A DNA stretch of 64,000 bases from Nitrososphaeria archaeon (GTDB lineage: Archaea > Thermoproteota > Nitrososphaeria > JACIWG01). Shown here one piece after another: positions 8,813-18,308 of the stretch; the first letter of the stretch is position 1, and every line of letters starts with the position of its first letter. The DNA lies in assembly GCA_050011875.1 (NCBI GenBank), contig JBEKIG010000015.1, forward strand, positions 56,084 through 120,083, in the 5' to 3' direction. Both the position numbers and the translations under genes were made by a program. The notes beneath the pieces were generated by a model. It was given only the letters and a program-made list of their open reading frames with translations, searched no databases and was not told the origin of the DNA.

Positions 8813-9634
8813 ATGATGGAGAATATCATGGATGATGATATTAAGATAGATAAGAAGGTTAATCCTCGACAAGCTAACATGGTCATAGGTTTGAGCGGAT
8901 GGGGGAATGCAGGGGAGACTTCAACTTTTACTGTTAGGTATTTAGTGGATAAGCTGGGCGCCAAGAAATTTGGTGAGATTGCACACGATAAGTTTAATGA
9001 TTACTGGATTCAGAGACCGATTGTTTTGACACAGAAGGGCCTGATAAAGTCATACGTTCAACCCAGAAATGACCTCTTCTATTGGAGAAATAAGGAAAGA
9101 GGAGGAGATTTGGTACTGCTAATTGGATTTGAACCGCACCTAAATTGGTCGAAGTACACGGAAAACGTTCTCAAGCTAGCTGAGGAAATGAATGTAAAGA
9201 GGATCTATACAATAGGAGGATATCTTGCAGACATCCCACAGGGCGTTGAAACTCCGATAACATCTTCAACAAATAATAAGGGGCTCCTTCCTGAACTTGA
9301 AAAGGCTGGATTTGAACTTACAGACTATGAGGGCCCCACAAGTGTGTACAGTGAGTTGCTCTGGAAGGGTGGGGAGAAGAAAATCGATGTGGTGAGTCTC
9401 TGGTGTGTGGTCCCAGTTTACGTTAAGGGACTGTATCCTAAAGCTGCTTACGTTATACTTAACAAGATTTCAAAGCTTATCGGTTTAAAACTTGACCTAG
9501 AGGACCTAAAGGAAAAGGCTGAGTCCTTCAAAGTTGAGCTTGAAACCGATTCGACAGATCAATCTCAATCCGGCGACATCATGGAGAGCCAAAGTCAAAG
9601 TCGTCAAGAAAGAGAACCTACATATTTCGGCTAA
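8813..9634 (+). CDS. PAC2 family proteasome assembly chaperone
   Basis: GLSGWGNAGE, IGFEPHLNW, RIYTIGG, VPVYV...PKAA. Confidence 0.85.
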   Translation: MMENIMDDDIKIDKKVNPRQANMVIGLSGWGNAGETSTFTVRYLVDKLGAKKFGEIAHDKFNDYWIQRPIVLTQKGLIKSYVQPRNDLFYWRNKERGGDLVLLIGFEPHLNWSKYTENVLKLAEEMNVKRIYTIGGYLADIPQGVETPITSSTNNKGLLPELEKAGFELTDYEGPTSVYSELLWKGGEKKIDVVSLWCVVPVYVKGLYPKAAYVILNKISKLIGLKLDLEDLKEKAESFKVELETDSTDQSQSGDIMESQSQSRQEREPTYFG

Positions 9635-9796
9635 AATTCTAGCCTTCAAAGCATAGATTTTAATGATTGTAGCCAGTAAAACTTAAAACCAAGATCTGAT
9701 CCAAAAATGGCAGCAATAACTTCGAGTTTTTTGGCTAATAACACAATAGGTAGCCGTGGTCGTTTTATAGTCACTTCTTTCATATTCTAAAAGAAG

Positions 9797-9872
9797 TGGG
9801 CCGGCCAGGATTCGAACCTGGGATTTACGCCGTGTAAGGGCGTCGTCTTAAGCCGAGCTAGACCACTGGCCC
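9797..9872 (-). tRNA. tRNA-Val(TAC)
   Basis: Cloverleaf; anticodon loop CT-TAC-AC. Confidence 0.93.
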
Positions 9873-9946
9873 ACGCTGAAATATGCCTTATCCAAATTTA
9901 AAGCCTTTTGCATCAAATTTAAAGAGATTCAATTTAAGGTAACAAC

Positions 9947-10816
9947 TTAAATGGGGTTTCCAGGGAACAAAGGCCTGCAGCCTTCTTTTCTTGCGTACTC
10001 TACGACCTTCTTCTGATCATTTTCACCCAGTTTCTCGAATTTTTTCCCTGCCTCTAGGATCATAGGCCACAGTTTTATGTCACTGGCCAAGGAATATGTT
10101 GTCACGCCTTCTTGAGAGAGTGTGAAGTTTACAAACATTTCAATTTCTTCTTTAGTGTTGGATGGCAGGTACCATGTTTTGAATGTCCTTTCCCCGGGGT
10201 ATCTTCTACGGCTTACAGCCTTTATCGCAGTTATCCCAATATTATGGTCTCGAGCAGCCTTTAACACCGGTCTGAAATCGTTCTCCGGTGCAGGATGAGC
10301 CATAGCAGCCGCGTTTATCGGAAGCAGCAATCCATCGAAATCGAACATCTGTAAAGCCTTAAGATGAACTCTAACGTCGGCGTGGCCGGTTAAACCGATG
10401 TACTTTATCAATCCGGTTTCCTTTGCTTCCTTGAAAGCTTCAAGTGCACCATCTTTGCCCATTATCTTTTCAAGCTCTTCCATTGTGCTAACCGCGTGCA
10501 TTTGGTACAGGTCAAAATCCTTCACACCCAACCTTTCCAAGGAGCGTTCAAGCTCTTTGCGAGCGCCTTCCTTCGTTCTTTCTAGCGTTTTCTCTGCCAA
10601 GAAGAACTCGTTCCTATGCTTTTGAAGCATCTTCTTTAGCCTCAGCTCTGCGTCATGGTAGCTGGGAGCTACATCGATCATGTTTATACCATAATTTAAT
10701 GCCAAGGCTATAGCTTCATCAGCCTCTTCTTGCGATATTTTTCCTAAGCCAGCTCCACCCAAGGTTAAAACTGTAACGGGACATCCAGTTCTTCCATATA
10801 CTCTCTTTTGCAACAT
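9947..10816 (-). CDS. aldo/keto reductase
   Basis: GINMIDVAPSY, SLERLGVKDFDLYQMH, GLIKYIGLTGH. Confidence 0.92.
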   Translation of the reverse strand: MLQKRVYGRTGCPVTVLTLGGAGLGKISQEEADEAIALALNYGINMIDVAPSYHDAELRLKKMLQKHRNEFFLAEKTLERTKEGARKELERSLERLGVKDFDLYQMHAVSTMEELEKIMGKDGALEAFKEAKETGLIKYIGLTGHADVRVHLKALQMFDFDGLLLPINAAAMAHPAPENDFRPVLKAARDHNIGITAIKAVSRRRYPGERTFKTWYLPSNTKEEIEMFVNFTLSQEGVTTYSLASDIKLWPMILEAGKKFEKLGENDQKKVVEYARKEGCRPLFPGNPI

Positions 10817-10923
10817 TTAACCTAATACTTGGCATGTAGATATAAATTTTTGCTTGGACATTCCACCTATCTGGGATATCAAATCCTTCTTCTAAGACAT
10901 CAATGTTTAAAACTATGACAGTA

Positions 10924-12081
10924 CTATTTGAAGGGGAGAAGGTCTTTAGGGTTCTTTGAAATTGCCTTCGTCAATACGTCTTCTATTACCCCCCTATTTC
11001 CTTCAGGATCGTACATCGCCCTAAGTAGCCTTTCATTGTCCAAGTTGTCAACGATTTCGCAGAGCGTTCTAACACTGTTCATATTCAAAATCAAAGCCGT
11101 CTTAACTGGCATTCTCTCTGGATTGATGTCGATACCAAACCTTCCATCATACCCCTGTAGCTTTAATACGAAAAGCGTCGAAAGCTCTTCACTTAAAGAG
11201 AGCACCCCAACATTCAGGTCTTGATCATAATTCCCCAATGGTTGACTGTTCCAGTGCATATGGGCAAGTCTGCCTTCACGTAAAACAGAAGCAACTGCAT
11301 ACGCAAGATCTTCGTGACCCATAAGAACATGCCCTATTTCAGGGTTAAGTGCTACAAGAGCATGACCTTTCTCTAGTATTTTTCTGTTTTCAGGGTCCTT
11401 TAACCGTTTTTCCACATTCCTAGCCATAAGTAAGCCGTTTGCAGTGTTTCTGTAAATATTGTTTCCTCTAGGCTCATATGGTTTAGGTTCAACGGCAACC
11501 CTAACCCCTGGAACTTGATCCATTGCATTAGCTAATCCCGATTCAAACTTCTCCCACATACCAAAGAAATCCTGTCCAAACGGGTTTTCATAGCCGTCTG
11601 CACCTGGCCAGATCACCATGAATTCTGTATCTAACTCTTTGTTTAGCTTCAAGGTTTGTATAGTCCTATCTACTGCCTCTTTTCTCTTTTCAGTATTAGG
11701 ATTTGATAAAGAACCTAGTTCGAACCTTTTTTCATAGAATAGGTTGGGTACAACCGTAACAACCTTGATTCCAGTTTCCTTCTGAAGTTTTTTATAGAGG
11801 TCTATGTTCTTTGGATTTATCTCATTCGGGTAATGAGCTTCCAATCCGAAATCGTTACCGATCAATTTTTCATCGTACATTTGAGATATTATATGCAGTG
11901 CGTCCTCTATCCCGCCCTTTTCGATGAATGCTTCATGGAATCTTATTGCGCCTGGAAAAAAGAACCATACACCAGCGGAGAAGTGTGGCGACAGTCTTCC
12001 CCCTTTAAGGCGTTCCGATGCTTCCTTCTGATCTAGAATTTTAGTTTGGTTTCTGATATCCCTTATCATGGCCGTAATCAC
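10924..12081 (-). CDS. xylose isomerase-like sugar isomerase (TIM barrel)
   Basis: VEPKPYEPR, NPEIGH, HMHWN...YDQD metal-binding motifs; WPGADG. Confidence 0.82.
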   Translation of the reverse strand: MITAMIRDIRNQTKILDQKEASERLKGGRLSPHFSAGVWFFFPGAIRFHEAFIEKGGIEDALHIISQMYDEKLIGNDFGLEAHYPNEINPKNIDLYKKLQKETGIKVVTVVPNLFYEKRFELGSLSNPNTEKRKEAVDRTIQTLKLNKELDTEFMVIWPGADGYENPFGQDFFGMWEKFESGLANAMDQVPGVRVAVEPKPYEPRGNNIYRNTANGLLMARNVEKRLKDPENRKILEKGHALVALNPEIGHVLMGHEDLAYAVASVLREGRLAHMHWNSQPLGNYDQDLNVGVLSLSEELSTLFVLKLQGYDGRFGIDINPERMPVKTALILNMNSVRTLCEIVDNLDNERLLRAMYDPEGNRGVIEDVLTKAISKNPKDLLPFK

Positions 12082-12179
12082 TTAGTGCAGAAATTTAAGT
12101 TTTAGTTCTTTATACATTTTGCACGTTCAAGAGAATTACACAGACTGTCAATTGTTAATAAAGAATTTCTTCTACACAT

Positions 12180-12485
12180 TTATGGCAACTTAGCCTTTTT
12201 ACACCAGTGTCTTATCATGACTTTTCCCACAGGGTCATACTTCACGTTTTTGCCACATTTTTCACAGATCTTCTTTTCAGTGAATCTTTTGTCGTTATCC
12301 TCTTTCCAGTAAGTGAATTGTTCACTACAGCTACGCCATTCTTTTGTATTACATATCTTTTGAACGTACTCATCTGTGAGATAGTAGAAGCCGTCTGGCC
12401 GTTCCCCCCTCTTCCCTTCTACGAACCAACTCATCAATCGACACCTAGACTGGTAGGGACACTGCTGTGGAACCGATGATGGCAT
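12180..12485 (-). CDS. hypothetical Cys-rich protein
   Basis: Likely start at MPSSVP after a GGAG; seven Cys including CEKC. Confidence 0.55.
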   Translation of the reverse strand: MPSSVPQQCPYQSRCRLMSWFVEGKRGERPDGFYYLTDEYVQKICNTKEWRSCSEQFTYWKEDNDKRFTEKKICEKCGKNVKYDPVGKVMIRHWCKKAKLP

Positions 12486-12670
12486 ATTCTCCCCCTTTTC
12501 CAATGCTATTCTATATTTAAGGTTACGCCTTTTTTCTAAAAAAATAATGTTGTAATTGTGCAACTTTAAACGCTTCTTTAAGCCTTTCTTAAACACCCCA
12601 TCGAAGGCTAGACAACCTGAAGTAGCCTCTTTATTCTACCAATCGTGAAATTGAAGGTTTATCGTCCCAG

Positions 12671-13279
12671 TTATGCGGCCACAATGAAGTGTTCTAACCC
12701 GATTATTATGTACTGGACTGCTATCGCGGCTATAAACAATGACATGACACTTGCTATAACCAACGATCCTGTTTTGCCTAGGAATCGGTAGATTGAACCG
12801 GTGAATCTAAGAATAGCCCATGTGAGAATCAGTACAATAAACACCGCCATGGCTGTTACGATCACACCGTAGGCTTGAAGGTTGAGTATAGTCGTGGTAA
12901 TCGCACCTGGGCCAACTAGAAGAGGTATAGCTATTGGAACAGCACCGACGCTTGCGGGTGATTCTAAGTTTTCATGGAAACCACCAGAGAACAAAATTCT
13001 AATCGATATTATCAAGAGAAGAATGCCTCCTGCAATTTCAAAGCTATATATGGATATACCGAAGATAAGGAAGATTTCTTGTCCAGTAAAAGCGAAGACG
13101 AGCAGAAGAATGAAGCCTACAAGGGTAGCTACGTCAAACACTTTCCTCCTTTGGAGCTCCGTCATCTTCTCAGTCAACCCCATGAAAACGGGAATGTTTC
13201 CAAGAGGGTCAACTATGATAAAGAGCACTATTGCAGCCTTAGCGAGATTAAAGATGATGTCAAACAGAGATGAAAACAT
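12671..13279 (-). CDS. MarC family membrane protein
   Basis: VDPLGNIPVF, IAGGILL, VPIAIPLLVGPGAIT. Confidence 0.93.
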   Translation of the reverse strand: MFSSLFDIIFNLAKAAIVLFIIVDPLGNIPVFMGLTEKMTELQRRKVFDVATLVGFILLLVFAFTGQEIFLIFGISIYSFEIAGGILLLIISIRILFSGGFHENLESPASVGAVPIAIPLLVGPGAITTTILNLQAYGVIVTAMAVFIVLILTWAILRFTGSIYRFLGKTGSLVIASVMSLFIAAIAVQYIIIGLEHFIVAA

Positions 13280-13519
13280 AAATTCATCTTCCTCTCCAAA
13301 TCTCTATTTAAGAGCCACTTAAAATATTAACCGCCACAACTTTATTTTATTATAATATTTCCATAGATTTTTTATTTAACACATCATGTCAATGCTCTTG
13401 TTAGACGGAAACTATCAATGATTAAATGTAGAGTGTGATGAATATTCTCGAAGATCAAGAAAAATCACGTATAAGAACAAATAGCGCTGTAATAAATAAA
13501 GTCGACATGACCAGTAAAA

Positions 13520-13608
13520 TGGCGCCGGGAGTGGGACTTGAACCCACGAGTCCCGTGAGAGACGCAGGGTTAGCAACCCTGTGCCCTACCTAGCTGGGCG
13601 ATCCCGGC
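13520..13608 (-). tRNA. tRNA-Ser(GCT), CCA encoded
   Basis: Long variable arm; anticodon loop TT-GCT-AA; ends GCCA. Confidence 0.93.
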
Positions 13609-13664
13609 AAGATTCAAAGATGCCCGCTGACAAAGATTTGCTTTAAACCCTCTTTATATATTTT

Positions 13665-13985
13665 AATGGCGATAGACCCATTTGAGTTCGCGCCTAAACA
13701 GGGCCTATTAATCCTATCCAATCCCCCACGTAGACGTGGCAGCGTGAATGCCCCACCTTAGGACTGCTCCCTCCCGGACCTCGTCCAGTTCGATGGCTCA
13801 AAGTCAAAACCCCCCCTTCGGAGAGCTTGCTTTTTACACCCACCCACCACGGCGCGGGTTCGTCTTGGAGTTGGACTAACGGTTTCCTTGTTCAAGCGTT
13901 TTACCAAATGGTTGCTGACCTCCGTTGTAGCCGGCTACGGAATGAATAGGAGGCGGCTATTCTCCCGATCCTACCTATCGCCATT
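13665..13985 (-). ncRNA. ffs: archaeal SRP (7S) RNA
   Basis: Terminal helix ATGGCGATAG/CTATCGCCAT; helix-8 motif GAGGTCCGGGAGGGAGCAG; about 320 nt. Confidence 0.9.
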
Positions 13986-14002
13986 AAAAAATCTAACAAG
14001 TG

Positions 14003-14935
14003 CTATTTAACTTGTTTTGTCTGCTTTTTCTTCAGCTTATCCAACGTTGTGCATACAGAACACTTCTTTGAGAAGGTCGGATAGCCGCATCCTTCGCATC
14101 TATGCCCCTCCATTTTAGGCATTTCCATAAAGCTTGGGACGTTGACTGCGGAGTTGAAGAAGGAATATTTTATGCCAGGGTGGTTCTTTTCAAGAATGTT
14201 CATGATGTCTCTTATTTCGGAACGAATCCCCTCATGCATGTATGGACATGAAACCTTCTGAAAGCGCTCCTTATTCAAGAAGGAATAGACTGCCACCTCT
14301 TCTTCATAAAGTTCTGCAAGAGGCTTTATCCTCCTCTGACTAAAGAGTTCGGTTTCATTATGTAAGGGCAGATTCCAAGGCAAACGTTTCACGTCGTTGT
14401 TGAGCAGATTGATCAAAAACGTTTGGGCGATATCATCCAAGTTATGTGCTGTAGCTACTACGTGGACGTCCAACTTCTGAGCTATAAGGTCCATTGCCCT
14501 ACGTCTAAGTATACCACATATGCTGCAGGAGGATTCGTCGTCCTTTAGCAGTTCTATTTCATCCATCGAATAACCAAACAGATCCTTGAAACTGAAGATG
14601 TAATGAGGGATACCTAGAGCGGAGCAAGCGTCTTCAGCTATTTCGACAGCATCCTCCCTATAACCTCTGATACCTTCGTCAATAGTCGCAGCTATAATCT
14701 CGGACGCATGCGACCTCGCAATGTTATTCATTATTCTCAACATTGCAATACTGTCTTTACCTCCAGAAACCATGAGCAGAATCTTTTCCCCATAGTTCAG
14801 CATTTTAAACTTTGAGATTGTCCGGACAACCTTCTCCTCTAACGACATTTTAAAGCATCTGCTGCAGAGATATTCTCCCGAATAGAGTCGATTATACACC
14901 GCTAGGTCACCGCATTTGGAACATCTGTTACCCAA
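14003..14935 (-). CDS. tRNA 2-thiolation protein TtuA/Ncs6 (TIGR00269 family)
   Basis: PP-loop SGGKDS; CSICGILRR; TAHNLDD; N- and C-terminal zinc fingers. Confidence 0.9.
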   Translation of the reverse strand: MGNRCSKCGDLAVYNRLYSGEYLCSRCFKMSLEEKVVRTISKFKMLNYGEKILLMVSGGKDSIAMLRIMNNIARSHASEIIAATIDEGIRGYREDAVEIAEDACSALGIPHYIFSFKDLFGYSMDEIELLKDDESSCSICGILRRRAMDLIAQKLDVHVVATAHNLDDIAQTFLINLLNNDVKRLPWNLPLHNETELFSQRRIKPLAELYEEEVAVYSFLNKERFQKVSCPYMHEGIRSEIRDIMNILEKNHPGIKYSFFNSAVNVPSFMEMPKMEGHRCEGCGYPTFSKKCSVCTTLDKLKKKQTKQVK

Positions 14936-15438
14936 ACGTCTCCGCCTCAGCCGCCTACATATTTGCGACCGTAGCCATGTTTATAACAGTTATAGGAGTT
15001 AAGTCCCAATTAGCCTAATTGAAATTGAGGCTTAAAGCAAGCGTCTTACAAACTTATGCAATGCGATATTTGTGGTTAAATATATTGTTGGAGTAATTAC
15101 AGGACGTCAATGAAGAAATGGAATGGACTTTTTTCGTAATAATATTGGATAGAACGATATTAAGTAATGTCTTTGAGACGTCTAATAGCACTTCAATAGA
15201 AGGACCATTTTAGGAGCTTGCGAACAGGTTTGAAGCTTGTAGAAAGTATGATCATGATGCTTAGAGTGGTTTTCGCTCAAATCACCGAGCATAACATATA
15301 CACTCGTTGGGATGATAGGAGCGCTTCTCTTCTTTAGCAGGTTGAATAAAAGAATAGTAATAGATCTCATAAAAGGGGCCATAATAATGGCAGTAATAAC
15401 TGAAGTTATATTTCCATTTCTAGTATAATTGCGTAGGA

Positions 15439-16503
15439 TCACCTTATCCTGTATCTAAAGAGTGCTGCAACACCACCTATGGACTCCAGTTGGATGCCCA
15501 CATTCGTGTTGCTGTCTAAAAAATAGAGGGAGCTTTTATACCCCGTTAAAGTAGAAAAGATTTGAACAAGTTTCTCTTCGTCAACTGAAGATTTTGAGAG
15601 GTAGCCTTTTGAAATTAATAGCGAATCAACGGCCCCGTTAGCACACATATATTCGATTTCTTCTAAGGAAACGCTTGCCAACCCGTCACCTTTATAAAGC
15701 GAGCTTAACACCTTCGCCATAGCCTCTTTTGTTTTAGAGAAGAAGTTATATTGTAACACCTTAGAAAATCCTTCTGAATTCAACGCCATCCTTATACCAT
15801 CAAATCCGGATGTGTCAACACCTTCCAGTAGCACGACCTGCAGCTTATCTAGACCAAACGAAGATTCGACATAACCCTTAAAATTCGACTTTAGCGGGCC
15901 AGGACCAGTTACGATAAGCTTCTTAATATTTTCAAAAAAGGGGGAAACAACCTTCAAAATTTTATCGAAAAACACCGAATCCTTCTCCCTCTTTGTTTCA
16001 TAAAGCTTCCCCTGATAGTTTGACTGGACTTCAGCAACGTATTCAACTTTACTGCCCTTAACTTTACCGATACCGGCTGCCAAGGAATCGATGGAAACTA
16101 TGACGAACGCATCTTGTTTAACGCTCAATCCAAGAAGATTGAAATCGATTTGGCCCTCACATTTGATCAGCAGAAATTTGATTCCAGGTGTAACTTCAAT
16201 GGAGTGTCGTGACCCTTGAGAAATATTTTCGTCCGAGGCACCCTGTATCTCCCCCGTAATTCTCAGTAATTCGAAAGATTTTTCAAAAGACACTTTCTCA
16301 ACTTTGACCGTTATAACAACGCTCTTCCTGTCCTTTTCAACATGCCTTGAAAAAACCTTCTCTATCTTTATTGTCCTTACAGTTTTAGTAGAAACTAAAT
16401 CCCCTTTTCTTACGTATAATCTAATGAAGAGTATGTCTTCTATGGTTTCTGGAATAATTTCTGCGCTACTTTTTGTGAGCCTCTTAAACCACACATAACT
16501 CAC
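15439..16503 (-). CDS. pelA: pelota (Dom34) ribosome rescue factor
   Basis: IIPETIEDIL, LRITGEI, GSRHSIEV and C-terminal LESIGGVAALFRY. Confidence 0.88.
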   Translation of the reverse strand: MSYVWFKRLTKSSAEIIPETIEDILFIRLYVRKGDLVSTKTVRTIKIEKVFSRHVEKDRKSVVITVKVEKVSFEKSFELLRITGEIQGASDENISQGSRHSIEVTPGIKFLLIKCEGQIDFNLLGLSVKQDAFVIVSIDSLAAGIGKVKGSKVEYVAEVQSNYQGKLYETKREKDSVFFDKILKVVSPFFENIKKLIVTGPGPLKSNFKGYVESSFGLDKLQVVLLEGVDTSGFDGIRMALNSEGFSKVLQYNFFSKTKEAMAKVLSSLYKGDGLASVSLEEIEYMCANGAVDSLLISKGYLSKSSVDEEKLVQIFSTLTGYKSSLYFLDSNTNVGIQLESIGGVAALFRYRIR

Positions 16504-16518
16504 ATTAAAGGAACTTTT

Positions 16519-17655
16519 CTAGAAATCATCTAGAGTCAAAATTGCTACGGAAGCAGGCTTTTTGGATACCTCGCCTATTCTATGGCCAACAACTGTTACA
16601 ATACCCCTTCTTTCTGCGAGGTCGACTATCCTCTGCGATATAATACCGTCAAATATCAGGTATCTGGCGTTGTTTAGCTCTTCCGACTCAAGATGCTTAG
16701 CTAATTCGCTGACAGGAATCTTCTCAATTTCCTTTAGATTTACGTCCAAAAGCATGGCTTCCAGAGTATTATCTAAAGAGGGTTTCAACTGTTTGACCTT
16801 TTCTGCTACTTCTGGTTGAATGCTGACAGGCTCTTTCTTGGGAGGGGAGGGAGGCTGACTTACTCCACTAATCGATTCCACCACCTCTACCGGTGACAAT
16901 TCTTCAACTTCTCTGCCTGACGGAGCTCTGATTACCTTCTCAATCTTTGCGACCTGAGAAAGTTCCTTTAGAATAAGGTCTCCACCCCTATCGCCGTCGA
17001 GGAACGCAATTATCTTCTTGTTTTTACTTAACTCTATTACCGACTGCGGGATACCTGTGCCATCGATTCCGACAGCATTTTCTATGCCTGCACGCAAAAG
17101 GTTCAGAACGTCTGCACGTCCTTCAACCAGTATTACGGTATCCGATTTCTCGACAGCAGGACCTGCGGGAAGCTTTTCCTTACCAAAAGCGACGATCTTG
17201 GATTTGCCCATCGATTCACTGATATCCTTCAGTATTTTGTCGCCTTCGGTCATCACTCTCTTGGACCAGTCCCTAGCTATTTCTTTAGCTCTCTCTTTTA
17301 TCTGTTTAACCTTTTCAACACGTATATCCTCCATCGAAATCAGCTTGAACCTCCCAGTGCATGGACCTACGCGGTCAACGCTTTCAACCGTTGCAGCGAT
17401 CAAGCTCGTGGTCTCGAAATCTGTTGATGTAGGTATCATTACTTCACCGAATGTTCTATCGTTCTTTGATTCTAGGTTTATCTCTATTCGGCCGATCTTC
17501 CACGTCTTCTGTAATTCGTTTAGATCAAATTCTGGGCCGAAAAGGCCTTCAGTCTGACCAAAAATCGCGCCTACAACGTCGGCGCGTTCGACGACGCCTT
17601 CAATTTCAAATTTTAAACGTATTAAATATTTAGTTGGAGTTGACAATTTTATCAA
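16519..17655 (-). CDS. dnaG: archaeal DnaG (primase-like exosome subunit)
   Basis: DVVGAIFGQTEGL; TOPRIM motifs VEGRADV and FLDGDRGG. Confidence 0.96.
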   Translation of the reverse strand: MIKLSTPTKYLIRLKFEIEGVVERADVVGAIFGQTEGLFGPEFDLNELQKTWKIGRIEINLESKNDRTFGEVMIPTSTDFETTSLIAATVESVDRVGPCTGRFKLISMEDIRVEKVKQIKERAKEIARDWSKRVMTEGDKILKDISESMGKSKIVAFGKEKLPAGPAVEKSDTVILVEGRADVLNLLRAGIENAVGIDGTGIPQSVIELSKNKKIIAFLDGDRGGDLILKELSQVAKIEKVIRAPSGREVEELSPVEVVESISGVSQPPSPPKKEPVSIQPEVAEKVKQLKPSLDNTLEAMLLDVNLKEIEKIPVSELAKHLESEELNNARYLIFDGIISQRIVDLAERRGIVTVVGHRIGEVSKKPASVAILTLDDF

Positions 17656-17691
17656 TCGACTGTGTTTTAAAAAACTATTATTTAAGCTATT

Positions 17692-18066
17692 TTAGATGTA
17701 CCGTTTAATTAGAGAAGGAAACTCTTCTAAGTGAAGGACAGAGCCGCCGCCGATTTTATATACCTCCTTTCTATACCATAAATCATATTTTATACCTCTT
17801 ACACTGAACTTCGATACCAACCTCTTACAGATAGACCAACCTTCCCTATCATTATCAACCAATATTATGACCTTTGAGTAGGAACGAGCCAACTGAAAAA
17901 GGTCGACGTGATTTGATTTATGGCTGTATAAATATGGCTCCCCAACCACCCCTAACTCATCTAAGGCTTTCGCATCGTTTGGTCCTTCAACTACGATCAA
18001 CGCATTGCTCTTGATTTCATCATTAAGGGCCTTTATGAGGTCAATAAGCCTTTCTAGTTCAACCAA
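17692..18066 (-). CDS. small TOPRIM-domain protein
   Basis: IVVEGPND and ILVDNDREG. Start moved to TTG at 18066 because the upstream 38 codons overlap the structured RNA. Confidence 0.8.
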   Translation of the reverse strand: MVELERLIDLIKALNDEIKSNALIVVEGPNDAKALDELGVVGEPYLYSHKSNHVDLFQLARSYSKVIILVDNDREGWSICKRLVSKFSVRGIKYDLWYRKEVYKIGGGSVLHLEEFPSLIKRYI

Positions 18067-18094
18067 CTTTTTTCTGCTGAACTTTGGTCGATTA

Positions 18095-18262
18095 GAATGT
18101 ACCCCGCCTCTGAACGGTTTTGGACCATCTGAGCCTTGTAAAGGCATTTCACCAAACCTCTTTATGCGGGGCTTTGACATCCGTCTGTTGCGTCGCTGGG
18201 TTAACCCTATGCATCATTAGATCAGCTAGGGCCGTCGCCACGCTTTTACGACGGATGTCAAC
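18095..18262 (-). ncRNA. putative two-motif box H/ACA pseudouridylation guide RNA targeting 23S rRNA
   Basis: Two hairpins with internal pockets; K-loop CTGA...ATGATG; ACA box 14 nt after each pocket; pockets antisense to 23S at 60570-60587 and 61236-61248; TATA-like box at about 18283-18290. Confidence 0.75.
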
Positions 18263-18308
18263 CCTCTGAAACGACCTGATAGGATAAAAAGTTTTCTTAA
18301 TCATTTCA

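Noticed and set aside
14947-15009. Short ORF ending in Gly-Gly just upstream of ttuA, suggesting a TtuB/SAMP sulfur carrier
   Set aside because: Only 20 codons with an in-frame stop directly upstream, too short for a beta-grasp fold. It also overlaps the likely promoter.
18067-18180. 38-aa N-terminal extension of the TOPRIM protein
   Set aside because: It overlaps the structured H/ACA-like RNA; TTG at 18066 gives a normal-length protein.
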